In this document: positions 27,897 to 40,880 of the stretch, piece by piece
How the letters are laid out: each line of letters starts with the position of its first letter
Numbering within the stretch: position 1 is the first letter of the stretch
Source: the human T2T-CHM13v2.0 reference genome, Homo sapiens
Strand: one strand, 5' to 3'
Length of the DNA: 64,000 nucleotides
Assembly: GCF_009914755.1 (NCBI RefSeq)
Contig: NC_060932.1
Program-made: the position numbers and the translations under genes
The notes under the pieces: generated by a model
Database searches by the model: none
Seen by the model: only the letters and a program-made list of their open reading frames with translations
What the model was told of the DNA's origin: nothing

Positions 27897-28287
27897 AATT
27901 ACTGATCCTTCACAGGTCAGTTCAAATCATACTTGTCTTTAGAAACAGTTCTTTATGTTAACCCTAAGCTCACCATTAATTTTGCCCCTAATTTGATACT
28001 TAGTCATTTGTTACTTTATTGTTTATATTTTAACTTTTATTATGTGTCACATTTTTCTGACTAAACTGTAAGTTGTTTGAGATTAGGAGACTGGGAGTTA
28101 AGCATTTCTATTTTTATATTTACTATTCTGCCTGTGTATTTAAGAAGCAATTACTGATTGATTTCTCTTCCCATTGCACTGAGCTGAGTACTTTACACAT
28201 AATAGGTGTTTATGAAATATTTGCTTAAATCAGTGGGGAAAAGAAAAGGAAAGGAAGTGGGAAATTCATCCATTCTTCCTTTCTCAG

Positions 28288-28370
28288 GTTATCTTAGATA
28301 TGAGAACAAATACAATCTGTTGGAACCCTATGGAAGCTTTCATTTTTACAGCAGCAAATGAAGATTATAA
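28288..28370 (+). CDS. DCAF13: DCAF13 exon 7 (83 nt)
   Basis: tcag|GTT...TAT AA|gtaagt. Translates VILDMRTNTICWNPMEAFIFTAANEDY(N). Confidence 0.96.
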
Positions 28371-28575
28371 GTAAGTTTCCCTCTTTTAAAAACTTGTGTA
28401 TTTCTATCAGGAATGGCTTAATTGTATAAGTCGTACTAATAAAATATATACCACTAGGTAGGTATACCTATAAAGTTTGAAAACTGTCATCTGTTTAGCT
28501 TTAAAAAGTTTTCCAAATTGGAGAAGAACTTCTTAGAAAAGTATTTATTTCGTCAGTATTTAGAATGATGTAGAC

Positions 28576-28796
28576 CAGGGACAGTAAACAACTCGTGGAC
28601 CAAATCCTTTCTGTTGCCTGTTTTTTATAAAGTTTTATTGGAATATGGCCACACCCACTTACTTATTTAGATATTGGATATGGCTGCTTTTGTGCTATAA
28701 TGCCTGAGTTGAATAGTTGCAGCGGAGACCTTATGGCCCACTTGCCTGAAAATGTTTAACGTTTGGCCCTTTACAGAAGAAGTTGGCTGATGTTTG
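28576..28796 (+). mobile_element. MER58A-like hAT MITE
   Basis: gcctgttttttataaagttttattggaa...tggccctttacagaagaagtt; TSD atgtagac/atgtaggt. Confidence 0.82.
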
Positions 28797-29309
28797 ATGT
28801 AGGTCTTATAAATAATGACTGAACCATACATGTTTTAATGGAAATGAAAATATCTGCCTGCAATGTTTGTATTGCGGTGAGTATCAGGTAGCTGATGCTC
28901 ATGTGGTCATGTTATCAGCTATCACTGTTCAGTCAGATGGAAGAAAAATTATAGTTATCTTTTCAGTATCCATATGAGGTAGGTGGGACATGCATGTTAT
29001 CCCCTTTTTAAGATATTAAAGCGGGGAGATTAGTCTCCCAGGGAGGAAAGAGTATCTTATCTTTTTTTTTCCCAAAGCATTTATTATAGCGCTATGCCTT
29101 TGATAGATTCTTAATACATGTTTTTTTTAAGAAGGCAGAAGTTTGTTGGTGGATTGAACTTTAGATCTTTGTATTGTTTTATGTTCCACTATGTAGATTT
29201 GGAAGCAAAAAAGTAGTAGTGTTAGCTCATAAAAGGATTTATTATATGATGTTTTAGTGGTACCAACTAAAAGCATCTTTTATGACTTTCTGCTAAAAAG
29301 AGGTTTAGT

Positions 29310-29400
29310 CCAGGAGTTTGAGGTTACAGTGAGTTGTAATTGGGCCACTGCACTCCAGCCTGGCCAACAGAACAAGACCCTGGTGTCTTAAAAAAATAAA
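29310..29400 (+). mobile_element. Alu 3' fragment
   Basis: ccactgcactccagcctgg...aagaccct followed by an A tail. Confidence 0.75.
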
Positions 29401-31254
29401 AGAAGCTCAGTTAGACTCTCATTAACTAGCAATACCAAACCACAGTAATTGAAGCTTTTTTTTTTAACCTTTATTGATGTTTTGAAATTAAGTGGCATTG
29501 TTCCAGTTAAAGGCAATAAAAGACAAGAGTAATACAGCATTATTGTGACCAACCTCATTAAGATTTCTAAAGAATGTTCTAATAAGCTATTTTAGCAAGG
29601 TACCGTTTTTCAGAGTGTCCTCGGAATTTCTCATTCCTTGCCTTGAAAAGAATTGCATATGCCACCTGAAACAAAGAGCATATCCCTTATAATAAGTGAC
29701 TGTTGGAGTATCATAATTGCTCTTTGAAAATGATCTTGCTTTTGTATCCCTTTTCTATATTTGTAAGTATTTTTTTCTTTTATTGCCCTTTAGATATTCT
29801 AGTCATTCTGAATTAGAAACCTAAGTTCAAGTCTAGGCCGACCAGTAATTACTGTATAAACTTGGGCAAGTCATTTAAACTAACTCTATATCATAGTTTC
29901 AGCATCTGTAAGGTGAGGGTTAGAATAGATGATCCCTAATGAATCCTATAATGTGGAACTTTGTTTATTTAAAGGTTTTCCATGTACACAAATTGATATG
30001 CTTAGAATTGGAATTCTTATCATTTTTCCCATGTAGAAATAAAGCATCTTACTAAAAAGCAGTTTGCTGGAACCAAACAAACCTAGCTGAAAACCATTGT
30101 TCTTAGGCAGGAACTGTAAAGCAGTTGTCAATGTCTTACTACTAGTAATGTTAACCTTGATCATTTGGTTAGGGTGGTGTCTGCCAGGTTTCTCCACTAA
30201 AGAGTTACTTTTTTTTCCTTTTGTAATTATTATATATCTTTGGGGAGATACTTTGAAACTATGTAGATACCCTCTTCTCAGACTTCTACTCACTAATCTT
30301 AGCATCTTCAAGTATTTTTATATTAGGAACTTGGTCACAATATTGCTGTATTACTTTTGTCCATTGTTCATGTTGGTTCATTTGAAGCACTATTCTTTTA
30401 GCCATTAGATTAAGAATTTTTGAATCTTGAAACTCATGAAGTCATTGTTTTTACCAATTGTGCATAAAGTATAGTTTCTCATTTTGATTCACCCTTTGAA
30501 AGGCCGTGTTCACTCTTACATATCACCAGTAGGAGTATAAATTAGTGCAACTTTGTTGGCAGTGATTTGGCAACTCAAATCAAGCCTAAAAATGCTCATG
30601 CCTTTAAGCTTAACAATGCTACTTGTAGGAATCTGTCCAGATTTAATTGAACCTGTCCCATTCAGTTAAAGATTGAATGTTAAAAATCCAAACGTTGGGA
30701 ATTTAATAAGCATTATATATAATAAAATGTTGGAAACTATTAAAATATAGGGAAATAAATTATTTGAACTTATATATACAGCCATTAAAATATTTTCAAA
30801 GATTGTTTAATAACATGGGTAATGCTCATTAATATGCTACGTGAAATATCAGAATATAAAGCTTTACATAACATTTCAATTTTATTAAAAGTATGTATTT
30901 AAATAGTATGGTGAAAAAGGTTTTTTAAAAAATTATGCTGTACTAAATAACTGGCCTCTGGGTAGTAGAATTCAAGGTAATTTTTGTACTCTACTTTTTT
31001 TGAAATTTCCACATTTTCTACAATGAGATTTATAGGGTGGAAAATGTGTTGGTGTATATATAAGTGGAGTCTTAAGGAATCATAAAAACTGTTGAAATTT
31101 TTCCTTATCCCTCACCTGCTTGTGTACAGCATTGAGCTTTTTGTTTAGATGTGCATTGTTTTGCAAATGGTTCTTGTTTTCAGTGGTATCTTTTAGTACT
31201 GCATATGGCATCTTTCTAGAAATATGTGTCAAATATTTAAAAATTCTTTTACAG

Positions 31255-31419
31255 CTTATATACTTTTGATATGCGTGCACTGGACACTCCTGTAATGGTC
31301 CATATGGATCATGTATCTGCAGTGCTTGATGTGGATTACTCTCCCACTGGGAAGGAGTTTGTGTCTGCTAGTTTCGATAAATCTATTCGAATCTTTCCTG
31401 TAGACAAAAGTCGAAGCAG
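31255..31419 (+). CDS. DCAF13: DCAF13 exon 8 (165 nt)
   Basis: acag|C...AG|gtatgt. Translates LYTFDMRALDTPVMVHMDHVSAVLDVDYSPTGKEFVSASFDKSIRIFPVDKSRS(R). Confidence 0.96.
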
Positions 31420-31446
31420 GTATGTGCCTACCAGTAAGCCATTTAT

Positions 31447-31786
31447 ATTCATATGTCACTTAACAATGGGGATGCATTCTGAGAAATGAGTCATTGGGCG
31501 ATTTCATCATTGTGTGAACATCATCAGAGTGCACTTAAACAAAACTAGATGGTATAACGTGTTGCACACCTAGGCTGTGTGGTCATATGGTATGGCCTGT
31601 TGCTTCTAGACTACGAATCTGTTCAGCATGTTACTGTGCTGAATACTGTGGGCAATTGTAACACAGTGGTATTTGTTTATGTAAACATATATAAACACAG
31701 GAAAAGTACAGTAAAAATCCAGTATTATCTTAATGGACCACTGTCGTATATGCAGTCTCTCATTGACCAAAATGTCATATGACTAT
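31447..31786 (-). mobile_element. Tigger3a (MER7)-like TcMar MITE
   Basis: Matches the reverse complement of the remembered Tigger3a consensus (cattctgagaaatg...gatttcatcattgtgtgaacatcat...catgttactgtgctgaatactgt). Starts about 28 nt after the exon 8 donor. Confidence 0.82.
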
Positions 31787-32649
31787 TTTTGTTTCATTTT
31801 TCTTTGTCCTGATTATTATTTATCTTTTCTGAGAGGGTACCTGAGTTTAATAAAGTTTTTTGCTCCAATACAGTTTAAGAAAAATTAGTAATAATACTTT
31901 ACATTTGTTATTTTTTACTTAGTCAAATCCAACTCTGTATGCCAAACCAAAAATTAAAAAAGAAATAAAAGTAAGTTTAAATTGTCAAGACCGTTCTCCC
32001 TCTATTTCACTTTAGTAGGTATATGGCTTGGTTGATGAGAGGTTGAGAGGTGGGAGATTTGAATACTCAGCTGTCCCATAGTCTCGTGTGTGTCTCATTT
32101 TGTAAGCACATAGAGTGTGATTCCAATATTTAAGATTTTTATTGTGTTTTGTATAGTTTGGCCCTTTACTACATATTATATGTTATTAAATACAGTATCT
32201 ATTTATACATCTATTATATCTTATTTTTGTAAAGAGGTAGTTTACAGAAAGTGATGGCATTTTAAGGAGTTTGCAAGGGGAATTTTGTTCTCGAGTTTTC
32301 ACTTTACAGACTGACTTTAAAAACTAAGTCCTGTATAGATACAGCCCCCTGTATAGTGAATTATGGTTTACAAAGAGCTGTTATACACATTCCCATTGTT
32401 CCTTAGTAATGCTTTAGATGTGTTCCTGGAAGCATCCATAAAATAAATCCAAATAAATGGAAATAATTTTTCTCAAAAAATTATGATAATTGGATGATTA
32501 TGGTCATAGTCAATCTGCTTATCTAACTCTTTGCTCTTTTACTTGTGATATTTAAGTCTTTTTCCACTGTAATTTGAGGAAGCCATATGGATTTCTACAC
32601 CATGTATCGTCATTGTCAGCAGATAATTATCTTCATCACTGTTTATCTG

Positions 32650-32930
32650 ATTATGAAGGTGCTTCAGTTAGAAGCATACTGACAGGAGTGTTCTGATGAC
32701 TTTGATCTTCATTTCATCATTTCTGTTGTAGAGCTTCTGCTGTGTGTTCCTATGTGACTATTGCTTCCTTTGTTGCTGCCTTGATATTCTCCAAATTGTC
32801 ATGAGTGTTTTTTTGGCATTATTCACTTAGGCCCAAGGCAAGACTAATAGCTTCCATATTTCTCTCACCTCTGGAAAATGTTGAGAATCAAGAGAATATG
32901 GTCCTCCATCATTTCTTGGCACCACAACTT
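32650..32930 (-). mobile_element. Degenerate Tigger/pogo transposase N-terminal remnant
   Basis: Hand translation of the minus strand gives KK*WRTI...FSRGERNMEAISLALGLSE*...NLENIKAATK...**NEDQSHQNTPVSMLL, resembling HTH_psq and CENP-B HTH motifs. Confidence 0.62.
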
Positions 32931-34050
32931 CCAAAGGTAGTAGGATAGTATTTTTCCAACATGGTACATAAGTAGACAAAAGAATGAAACGAGAACAAAG
33001 AAAAAAACAGGACTGTGTAGTTACCTATGATCCCAAGGGGCCAGCAGCTGAGTTCAGGCTGAATTATTCCAAAGCTAGTGTGGACAGCTAAATGTAGGTC
33101 TAGCTAGAAAACTCACATTATTCCAAAATTGTATAAAAGGGTTCTTATATTTCATTTCTAAGAAATTGTCTCCTGATGTCATTTGGAGGTTTTGTAATCA
33201 CAGTCTTAATATGTGTTAACGTCCTGTTGTGTTTAGATATAAATGGTGTTCCCTCTGACCTTTGCCTTTATCTGCTTGAAAGCTAGTTCTAATTTGTTTC
33301 TGTGGTTTGTTTCCTATCATTATAAACATCAAATAACTCATGCTTGGGTGAATAATCTGTATTTAAAAAATATTTTCCTTTAAAAGACCTTAAAATGGCT
33401 AAAGCATATTATTTTTAAAATAAATTTTGAGTAAATTTTTTAAAACTACAGTTAAGTCAGTATTTGAAAGTAGGCTTCTGTTGGAAGTTCATTCAGTATT
33501 TACTGAGCAAACAAGTAAATTAATAGTGTTCACATGGAAAAATTAGTGTGACTGTGTATATAAAGAATTTAAGCCTTTAAAAATGTATTTATCTCCTAAT
33601 AGTAGAACTTTTGGTGAGCTTAATAAACTTAGCATATATGCAGACATAAACATATCTAGAAGTTAAGAACTCAGCATAGTTTACCATTGGGGAGGATTCT
33701 CAGTTACTTAAGTGACTAACCGTTGGATCTGACTGGTCTACTGCATGAACAGATTATGTTTAATGGTTACGGAAACCTGATTGAATTTCCCTACTTCAAA
33801 TGCATTATACTGCTTTGGAAAAAAGGGCTTCTTAGGTATGTGGAGATTATAAGAAATGAGTCTTCAAAAGCAGAGCACTGAGGGGGAGAAGAAAAAGCAG
33901 TCTATCTCATCTAGTTTTCATTTTAATAGGACGTTCTTTTTAATCATCCCCTCTCTTTTAAAAATGAATTTCTAATGGTTTATCAAAGTGCTTAAAACAT
34001 ACCTATCAGAAACAGTGTAAAAGACCAGTTTTGTGAGTATAGTCGAGAGA

Positions 34051-34324
34051 TTTTTTTTTTTTTTTTTTGAGACAGAGTCTGGCTCTGTCAGCCAGGCTAG
34101 AGTGCAGTGATGCCACACGGCTCACTACAGCCCCTGTCTTCTGGGCTCTAGTGATCCTCCTACCTCAGACTCCTGAGCAGCACCACACCTAGCTAATTTT
34201 TAAAATTTATCTTTAGTAGCTATGGGGTCTCCCTGTGTTACTCAGGCTGGTCTCAAACTCCTGGGCTCAAGTAATCCTCTCACCAAAGTACTGGGATTAT
34301 AGGCATGAGCCACTGCACCTTGCC
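34051..34324 (-). mobile_element. Alu (AluJ-like)
   Basis: T tail followed by a diverged antisense dimer. Confidence 0.88.
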
Positions 34325-34639
34325 TACTTTAGAGATATTTTTTATAGATATGAATATTTGATTTAGTCATTCTGTTTGAGTTTTATTTTACTGTGCATAG
34401 TTTATTGAGCCTGTTTCCTTCCTCTTTATATACTCTGCATTTTGAATAATTTAATCCAGATGCAGAAAATTTATTTCTCCAGAAGTTTCATCTTACTTTT
34501 TCTGACCTTGTATTTTACTTGCTTTTTAATGCCTTTCTTAACACTTACTAATATAGTATCACCTGTGAATTCTTCTAGCATATTTCACAGCCTTTCCAAA
34601 TAGGTATGATATTTGACATCTCCATTTATTAAATGATTC

Positions 34640-34920
34640 TTTTTTTTCTTTTTTTGAGATGGAGTCTTGCTCTGTTGCCCAGGCTGGAGTGCAGTAGCAC
34701 GATCTCGGCTCACTGCAAGCTCCGCCTCCTGGGTTCACGCCATTCTGCCTCAGCCTCCCAAGTAGCTGGGACTACAGGCGCCTGCCACCATGCCTGGCTA
34801 ATTTTTTGCATTTTTAGTAGAGATGGGGTTTCACCTGGTCTCCATCTCCTGACCTCGTGATCCACCTACTGCAGCCTCCCAAAGTGCTGGGATTACAGGT
34901 GTGAGCCACCGCACCTGGCT
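34640..34920 (-). mobile_element. Alu (AluY-like)
   Basis: Antisense dimer; TSD tattaaatgattct/tattaaattattct. Confidence 0.93.
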
Positions 34921-35007
34921 CTATTAAATTATTCTAACTTCAACTTATCAGACACTTCTGTAGTCCTCCCTTCCTTTTCACACATGTAAATCATCAACTC
35001 ACTTTAA

Positions 35008-35244
<237 letters not shown>

Positions 35245-35769
35245 TAAGCTTTTTAAACAATTTAACCAAAACAAAATTCTGGCATTAGATTCAGCATATC
35301 AGGAGGTACTCTTTGAAGACCATTGCATTTCTTTCTTTTTCAGTAAAATGAAGGGGAAAAAAAGTGTGTTGACCTGAATTGATTTGATATGGGGAAGAGG
35401 CCTTTTAAGATCAAGTCCTTTCTTTTTGTTACAAAGTTACCTCGGTTGAACATCATATTTTATTTGCATTTTATGCTTTTAGTTATTCTGTGAACTTTTC
35501 TGTACATCTGGTTTTGCTTAGTTTGTTCATATTTATTTCTCTTACTAGATAGTAAGTTCTCTGAGAGCAGAAATTTGTTTACTACCCCAGCACTTAACAC
35601 AGAACCTTATTAGTTGGGTTCAATAAAAATACATTGACAAGAATTTGAGTTTTTATTTTATACTCCTATAGGACTCAGAAATGGTATCCTGATACTTAAT
35701 AGGCAGTGGTTACTCAAAGAAAATCTGTACCAAAATCCAAAGGGTTTTAACTTAATTCGTTTTCTATAG

Positions 35770-35905
35770 GGAGGTATATCATACAAAGAGAATGCAACAT
35801 GTTATCTGTGTAAAATGGACTTCTGACAGCAAGTATATTATGTGTGGATCTGATGAAATGAACATTCGCCTGTGGAAAGCTAATGCTTCTGAAAAATTGG
35901 GTGTG
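35770..35905 (+). CDS. DCAF13: DCAF13 exon 9 (136 nt)
   Basis: atag|G...GTG|gtaaga. Translates EVYHTKRMQHVICVKWTSDSKYIMCGSDEMNIRLWKANASEKLGV. Confidence 0.96.
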
Positions 35906-37087
35906 GTAAGAGAATTCATTTTCTTTCATTGTCATAAAGCTGATTTCTAATTTTATTAGATATTATTACATTATGAAAATTTACTTTTAGGTATTTTTGG
36001 GTATTTTGATTAAATTGACATAGCTGTGATAAAGCAATAAATGGACAAGGTTGTATTGATAATTATTTGCTTCATTCTGATCTATTATTGTAGACACTGT
36101 ACATTCAAATTGACATTTAAGACCTTCAGAATGCCTTTGTTAATTCAGATGTTTGATAATATTGAGTCTTACTGGTTTTTTGTGTTTTCCTTGAGGTAGG
36201 GACAGAAGATGCAGGAACTAGAGGCTCAGAACTTAGAGCTCGTATCTCTTGTTAGAGAAATAGTCATCCAGCAACTCAAAGGCTGCAAGTCCCTGGGAGA
36301 TCTTGTAATATCAAAGACACAATGGAACATTTAATAAATACAGAAAGCTTCATACTTTAAAAAAGATTCCATGAAAAAATAGCAGGTGTTATCATTGGCT
36401 GGTTACCTCCAGGATAGGGGATTATGGTTGATTTTGTTTTGTTCTTGATGTTTTTCTAAATGTCCCATATTTTCTATAAGAAACAGAGTGTTTATATTAG
36501 AAATAAATATTAAGTTTAAGAAGGAAAGGGTAAGTGTGAATTATTTTCTACTTAGTCCTGATAGGAAAATCAAAGGCAATTCTGTTTTAGGTTTAATGAT
36601 TGATAAGTATTGCATTGTGCCTAGGTCCATCATTAAATGTTCCTCTAAATCGTATCATCCTTAACATTCGTTAAACAAAGGGTAGTTCTTATGGAATTGG
36701 ATACTTATTTTTTCTTTGCTGTTTCACTATGTTTAACTCACCTCTTTACCCACCCCCAAAATTTGAGTGAGTGATTTAGGTGCTTTTCTATGTTATTGAT
36801 GCCTAGGGAAGGTCCAACTCAGTGATCCACGTGGCCCTACTCCTTCAGCACTGCTGCTTTCTACTGGGTGGCATCTATCTACATGGCGAGTGTGTTGCCT
36901 AAAAGGAAATTCAGTGCTTGCAGAGCTAGTGTTACTAATATAACCTTGTAAAGTGCAGAATTACATTGGCAATTTTGGTTGCATATCATAAAAGATTAGG
37001 TTAGGGGAAAAAGGGTGCTTTCTAGCTTTTTTATACTGAAGCAAAACAACACACTATTCATTAAGATACCAAAATGTGTATTTTCAG

Positions 37088-37251
37088 CTTACATCACGAG
37101 AAAAAGCAGCCAAGGATTATAACCAGAAATTGAAGGAGAAATTTCAGCATTATCCTCATATAAAACGTATAGCTCGTCATCGACATCTACCAAAATCTAT
37201 CTATAGCCAGATTCAGGAACAGCGCATCATGAAAGAAGCTCGTCGACGAAA
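37088..37251 (+). CDS. DCAF13: DCAF13 exon 10 (164 nt), Sof1-like C-terminal domain
   Basis: tcag|CTT...AA|gtatgt. Translates LTSREKAAKDYNQKLKEKFQHYPHIKRIARHRHLPKSIYSQIQEQRIMKEARRR(K). Confidence 0.96.
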
Positions 37252-37402
37252 GTATGTTTTGAGGCATTTGACTCTATTACCCTTTTCTGACTTCTGCTCT
37301 CATCTCACCAAAAACAAAGTTAACTGCCATTCAAGGGAGTAGTTTATGTGCTATTATTTAATAGTATGTTAGTGATGTGTTTGAAGACTTCTACAGAAGG
37401 CC

Positions 37403-37697
37403 TTTTCTTTTTTCTTTTTTTTTTTTTTTGAGACGGAGTCTCGCTCTGGAGTGCAGTGGCACAATCTTGGTTCACTGCAAGCTCCGCCTCCCGGGTTCAT
37501 GCCATTCTCCTGTCTCAGCCTCCTGAGTAGCTAGGACTACAGGCACCCGCCACCATGCGCGGCTAATTTTTTGTATTTTTAGTAGAGACAGGGTTTCACC
37601 ATGTTAGCCAAGATGGTCTCAATCTCCTGACCTCGTGATCGCCTGCCTCGGCCTCCCAAAGTGCTGGGATTACAGGTGTGAGCCACCATGCCCCGCC
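37403..37697 (-). mobile_element. Alu (AluY-like)
   Basis: Antisense dimer; TSD CAGAAGGCC. Confidence 0.93.
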
Positions 37698-38428
37698 CAG
37701 AAGGCCATTTCTTTTTCCTTTTCCCAAAAAAGGGAAGCAGTGACTATCTGAGAATGGGAGAACTTCCATTACCTGTTTTTGAGAATATGTTTAAAGGACA
37801 AACGATGAAAATGAGTTACCAAAATAAGAAAACACTTGCTCATATTAAAAAATTATTGTAAAAAATGTTTTAAAAAATAATTTCTGATGTAGCTGGAATT
37901 AAGAGATTTTGTGTATTTTCCAAGTTAAAGAATTAATCTATAGTAGAGCTCTTTTCTTAAGTAAAAAGTGTTCTGATATACTTTATTATAACATGACATC
38001 TATCATTTTGGATATAGAGCAGAGCTACTACCACCACCACCATTTCCCGTGAAATATTCTTCTCTTTGAAATACTTGAAGTCATGCATGAAATTCTAAGA
38101 GCTCTTTATTTTTCAATTAGAATATACAAATGGCTCTTTTTTTCTGTCTTTGGGTAGATGTTGCAGTAGAATCACTTTTAGAAATTTTATTAACTGTGGC
38201 AGGTTTTTAAACTTAGTAAAGGACCCTATTAGGTAAATATGATAAGAAGCAATTAAATAAGTAAAGTTGATTTCTTGGTACTAGCTTCCTTTTACCTATT
38301 GTCATCGTGAAAATATTTTTTTAAATAGGTGTTTTTCTAGTGAAAGAAAATGCTTTGATTTTTCTGAGAAAGTTTTCTTTAAGATGAGTTCCCATAACTT
38401 GCTTATATTTTGTATATTTTATTTCTAG

Positions 38429-38516
38429 GGAAGTGAATCGTATTAAACACAGCAAGCCTGGATCTGTGCCACTTGTGTCAGAGAAGAAGAAACACGTAGT
38501 GGCAGTTGTAAAATAA
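38429..38516 (+). CDS. DCAF13: DCAF13 exon 11, coding part (88 nt including TAA)
   Basis: ctag|G GAA..., translating EVNRIKHSKPGSVPLVSEKKKHVVAVVK*. Exon lengths sum to 1338 nt, or 445 aa plus stop. Confidence 0.96.
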
Positions 38517-38577
38517 TTGGTATTCCTAACAATCCTGATGTATAATTATTTGTTACTTTTGATTTGAGAACTCTACA

Positions 38578-38583
38578 AATAAA
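38578..38583 (+). terminator. DCAF13: Proximal polyadenylation signal AATAAA of DCAF13 (candidate)
   Basis: Canonical hexamer about 60 nt after the stop, with T/GT-rich sequence downstream. Confidence 0.6.
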
Positions 38584-39061
38584 AGTGCTGGGACTAGATT
38601 AATTGCAAACATTTTAGTTATATGTGTAGAGCTTTATTGTTACTCCTTTTAGCTACCCTGAAAAATGATCCTTAAAGGTGGCCTAGTTGGTAAGACTGTT
38701 TTATCCTTAATCTGCATTCTTCTTTCATTGTAGAATACAGTATTTGCAACTCATTTTTTCTTGTTTTTATTACAGATATACTTACTTTCTCTTTGATCTA
38801 TTATTGTAGACACTATACATTCAAATTGACATTTAAGACCAAACATCTCTTATGTTATCTTTAATATTACTTTGAATAATGATTGCAATGATGTTTCTTC
38901 CTGTGATTCCACATAACATTTAGAATAATGATGTCAATTTTTTACAACTGAATTTATTTCTAGTGCTTTACTTATATTTGGCTTTTTGACTCTTTTAAAA
39001 CAATCAGCCTGCATTTATATAACTTTTATAAATAATAATATAATTTGGGTCAAGTTAAGAT

Positions 39062-39185
39062 ATTAAAAGTTCCTTTCAGCATTGAAACTTTGGCCTATTT
39101 TTGGTAAATAATTTTCAATCTCACTAAATCCTAAATAGCTCTGTGTAACATAGGTTTTTCTTTTTTTAATCATCAACTTAATAAA
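39062..39185 (+). terminator. DCAF13: Distal polyadenylation signal candidates (ATTAAA at 39062, AATAAA at 39180)
   Basis: Hexamers at the end of the AT-rich 3' UTR-like tract, just before MER2. Confidence 0.45.
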
Positions 39186-39276
39186 CTTTATTATAAATAT
39201 GTATAAATCCAAATTTTAGGAGATGTTAAGTAAAGAAGAGATTTTAAAATCCAAAGAAAAGAATGTGTTAAGAATA

Positions 39277-39617
39277 CAGTCATCACTCTGTATCTGTGGG
39301 AGATTGATTTCAAGATGTACCATTGATGCCAAAATCCAAGGATGCCCAAGTCCTTGATATTAAATGGCATAGTATATGGATATAACCTCTGCATATCCTC
39401 CCAAATACTTAAAATCATCTCTAGATTACTTATAATACCTAATACAATGTAAATGCTAAATAAATAGTTGTTATACTGTATTGTTTAGGGAATAATGATG
39501 AGAAAAAAAGAGTCTGTACATGTTCAGTACAGATGCAATTTCTTTTTTCCAAATGCTTTTGAGCCACAGTTGGTTGAGTCTATGGGCGAGGAACCCACAG
39601 ATATGGAGGGCCGACTG
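39277..39617 (+). mobile_element. MER2 TcMar-Tigger MITE, full length
   Basis: TA|CAGTC...GACTG|TA termini with TA TSD; internal aaatcatctctagattacttataatacctaatacaatgtaaatgcta. Confidence 0.92.
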
Positions 39618-39835
39618 TACACATCATTTATAGCAAAAATGTGCAGTGTGCACGGGAATGATAAAGATCAAAATCTGAAGAGTGGGAGGAGGATGCAGTC
39701 AGGGTGCAGTACACAGGAGATTTCAACTCTTTTGGTAACATTTTATTTCTTAAGCTGCATTTTTTTTTCTTTTTTTATGCTTTCTTGGATATCGGAAATA
39801 TATTTTTCTTAAGGCTGGTAAGGGATTAACCATAG

Positions 39836-40159
<324 letters not shown>

Positions 40160-40292
40160 TGATGATCTATTGTAGAACTCAAATTACTTGATTTTTAGGG
40201 TGAACCAAGTTCACTTGTGCACCTATATTGCTGTTAGTTTGGGTGTGGTTTCAAAGAATATGCAAATACTGATCCATAAATGTGAGCTCCTC

Positions 40293-40880
40293 TGTCAGTT
40301 TGAGTCCTTCAAGAAACAGATGACTAGATGGTATTAGACATGCAAGAAATTTATTGGAGGAACTCACTTGTGTAGGACAAAGCGGAGGGAGTAGGAGTAG
40401 GCAGGAAGAGCCTTCAGACTTCCATAAACCTAACACCTGTGGTAAGAGATGGAAGGAAGGAGGATTGGGTAAGAGGAATCTCAGGCTGTTGGTGCAGTCC
40501 TACAGAAGGTTGGGCCAGGCTGATGGGGAGTCCTTAGGCCAAAGTTGCCAGCCAGAGGAGTTTGTGTTGTGCTTGCACTCATATCATCACTGTGCTGTCC
40601 AAGGCAGGGAGCAGCCCTGGGGCCTTGCAGCTAATGTAGTGGTGAATCCAGAGGGGTGGCATCTAGGACTGCCAGTCAACTGGGCTTCCTGTAGTGAGTT
40701 CTTTTGAAGAAATTCTAAGCAGCACATTTCTAGATCTGCCACCGTCCACCTTTTTGCACCACATAGATCTGTCTCTCGCAGGTTTTGGGAGCAACTCCTC
40801 CATGGTTCCATGTACATCTCTTAGAAGGTAGAGGTTGGTCATGTGATCAGTAGCCCTTTTCCCTGAAGGACCACAACAGA
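40293..40880 (-). mobile_element. Old ERVL LTR (LTR16-like)
   Basis: gaaacagatg...tgcaagaaatttattgg...ggaagagccttcagact...gccaggctgatggggagtcc resembles the remembered LTR16-group consensus. Confidence 0.6.

Noticed and set aside
40163-40200. Possible third copy of the 47-bp duplication (tgatctattgtagaac)
   Set aside because: Only a short gapped match in AT-rich DNA, overlapping an Alu TSD; compatible with chance.
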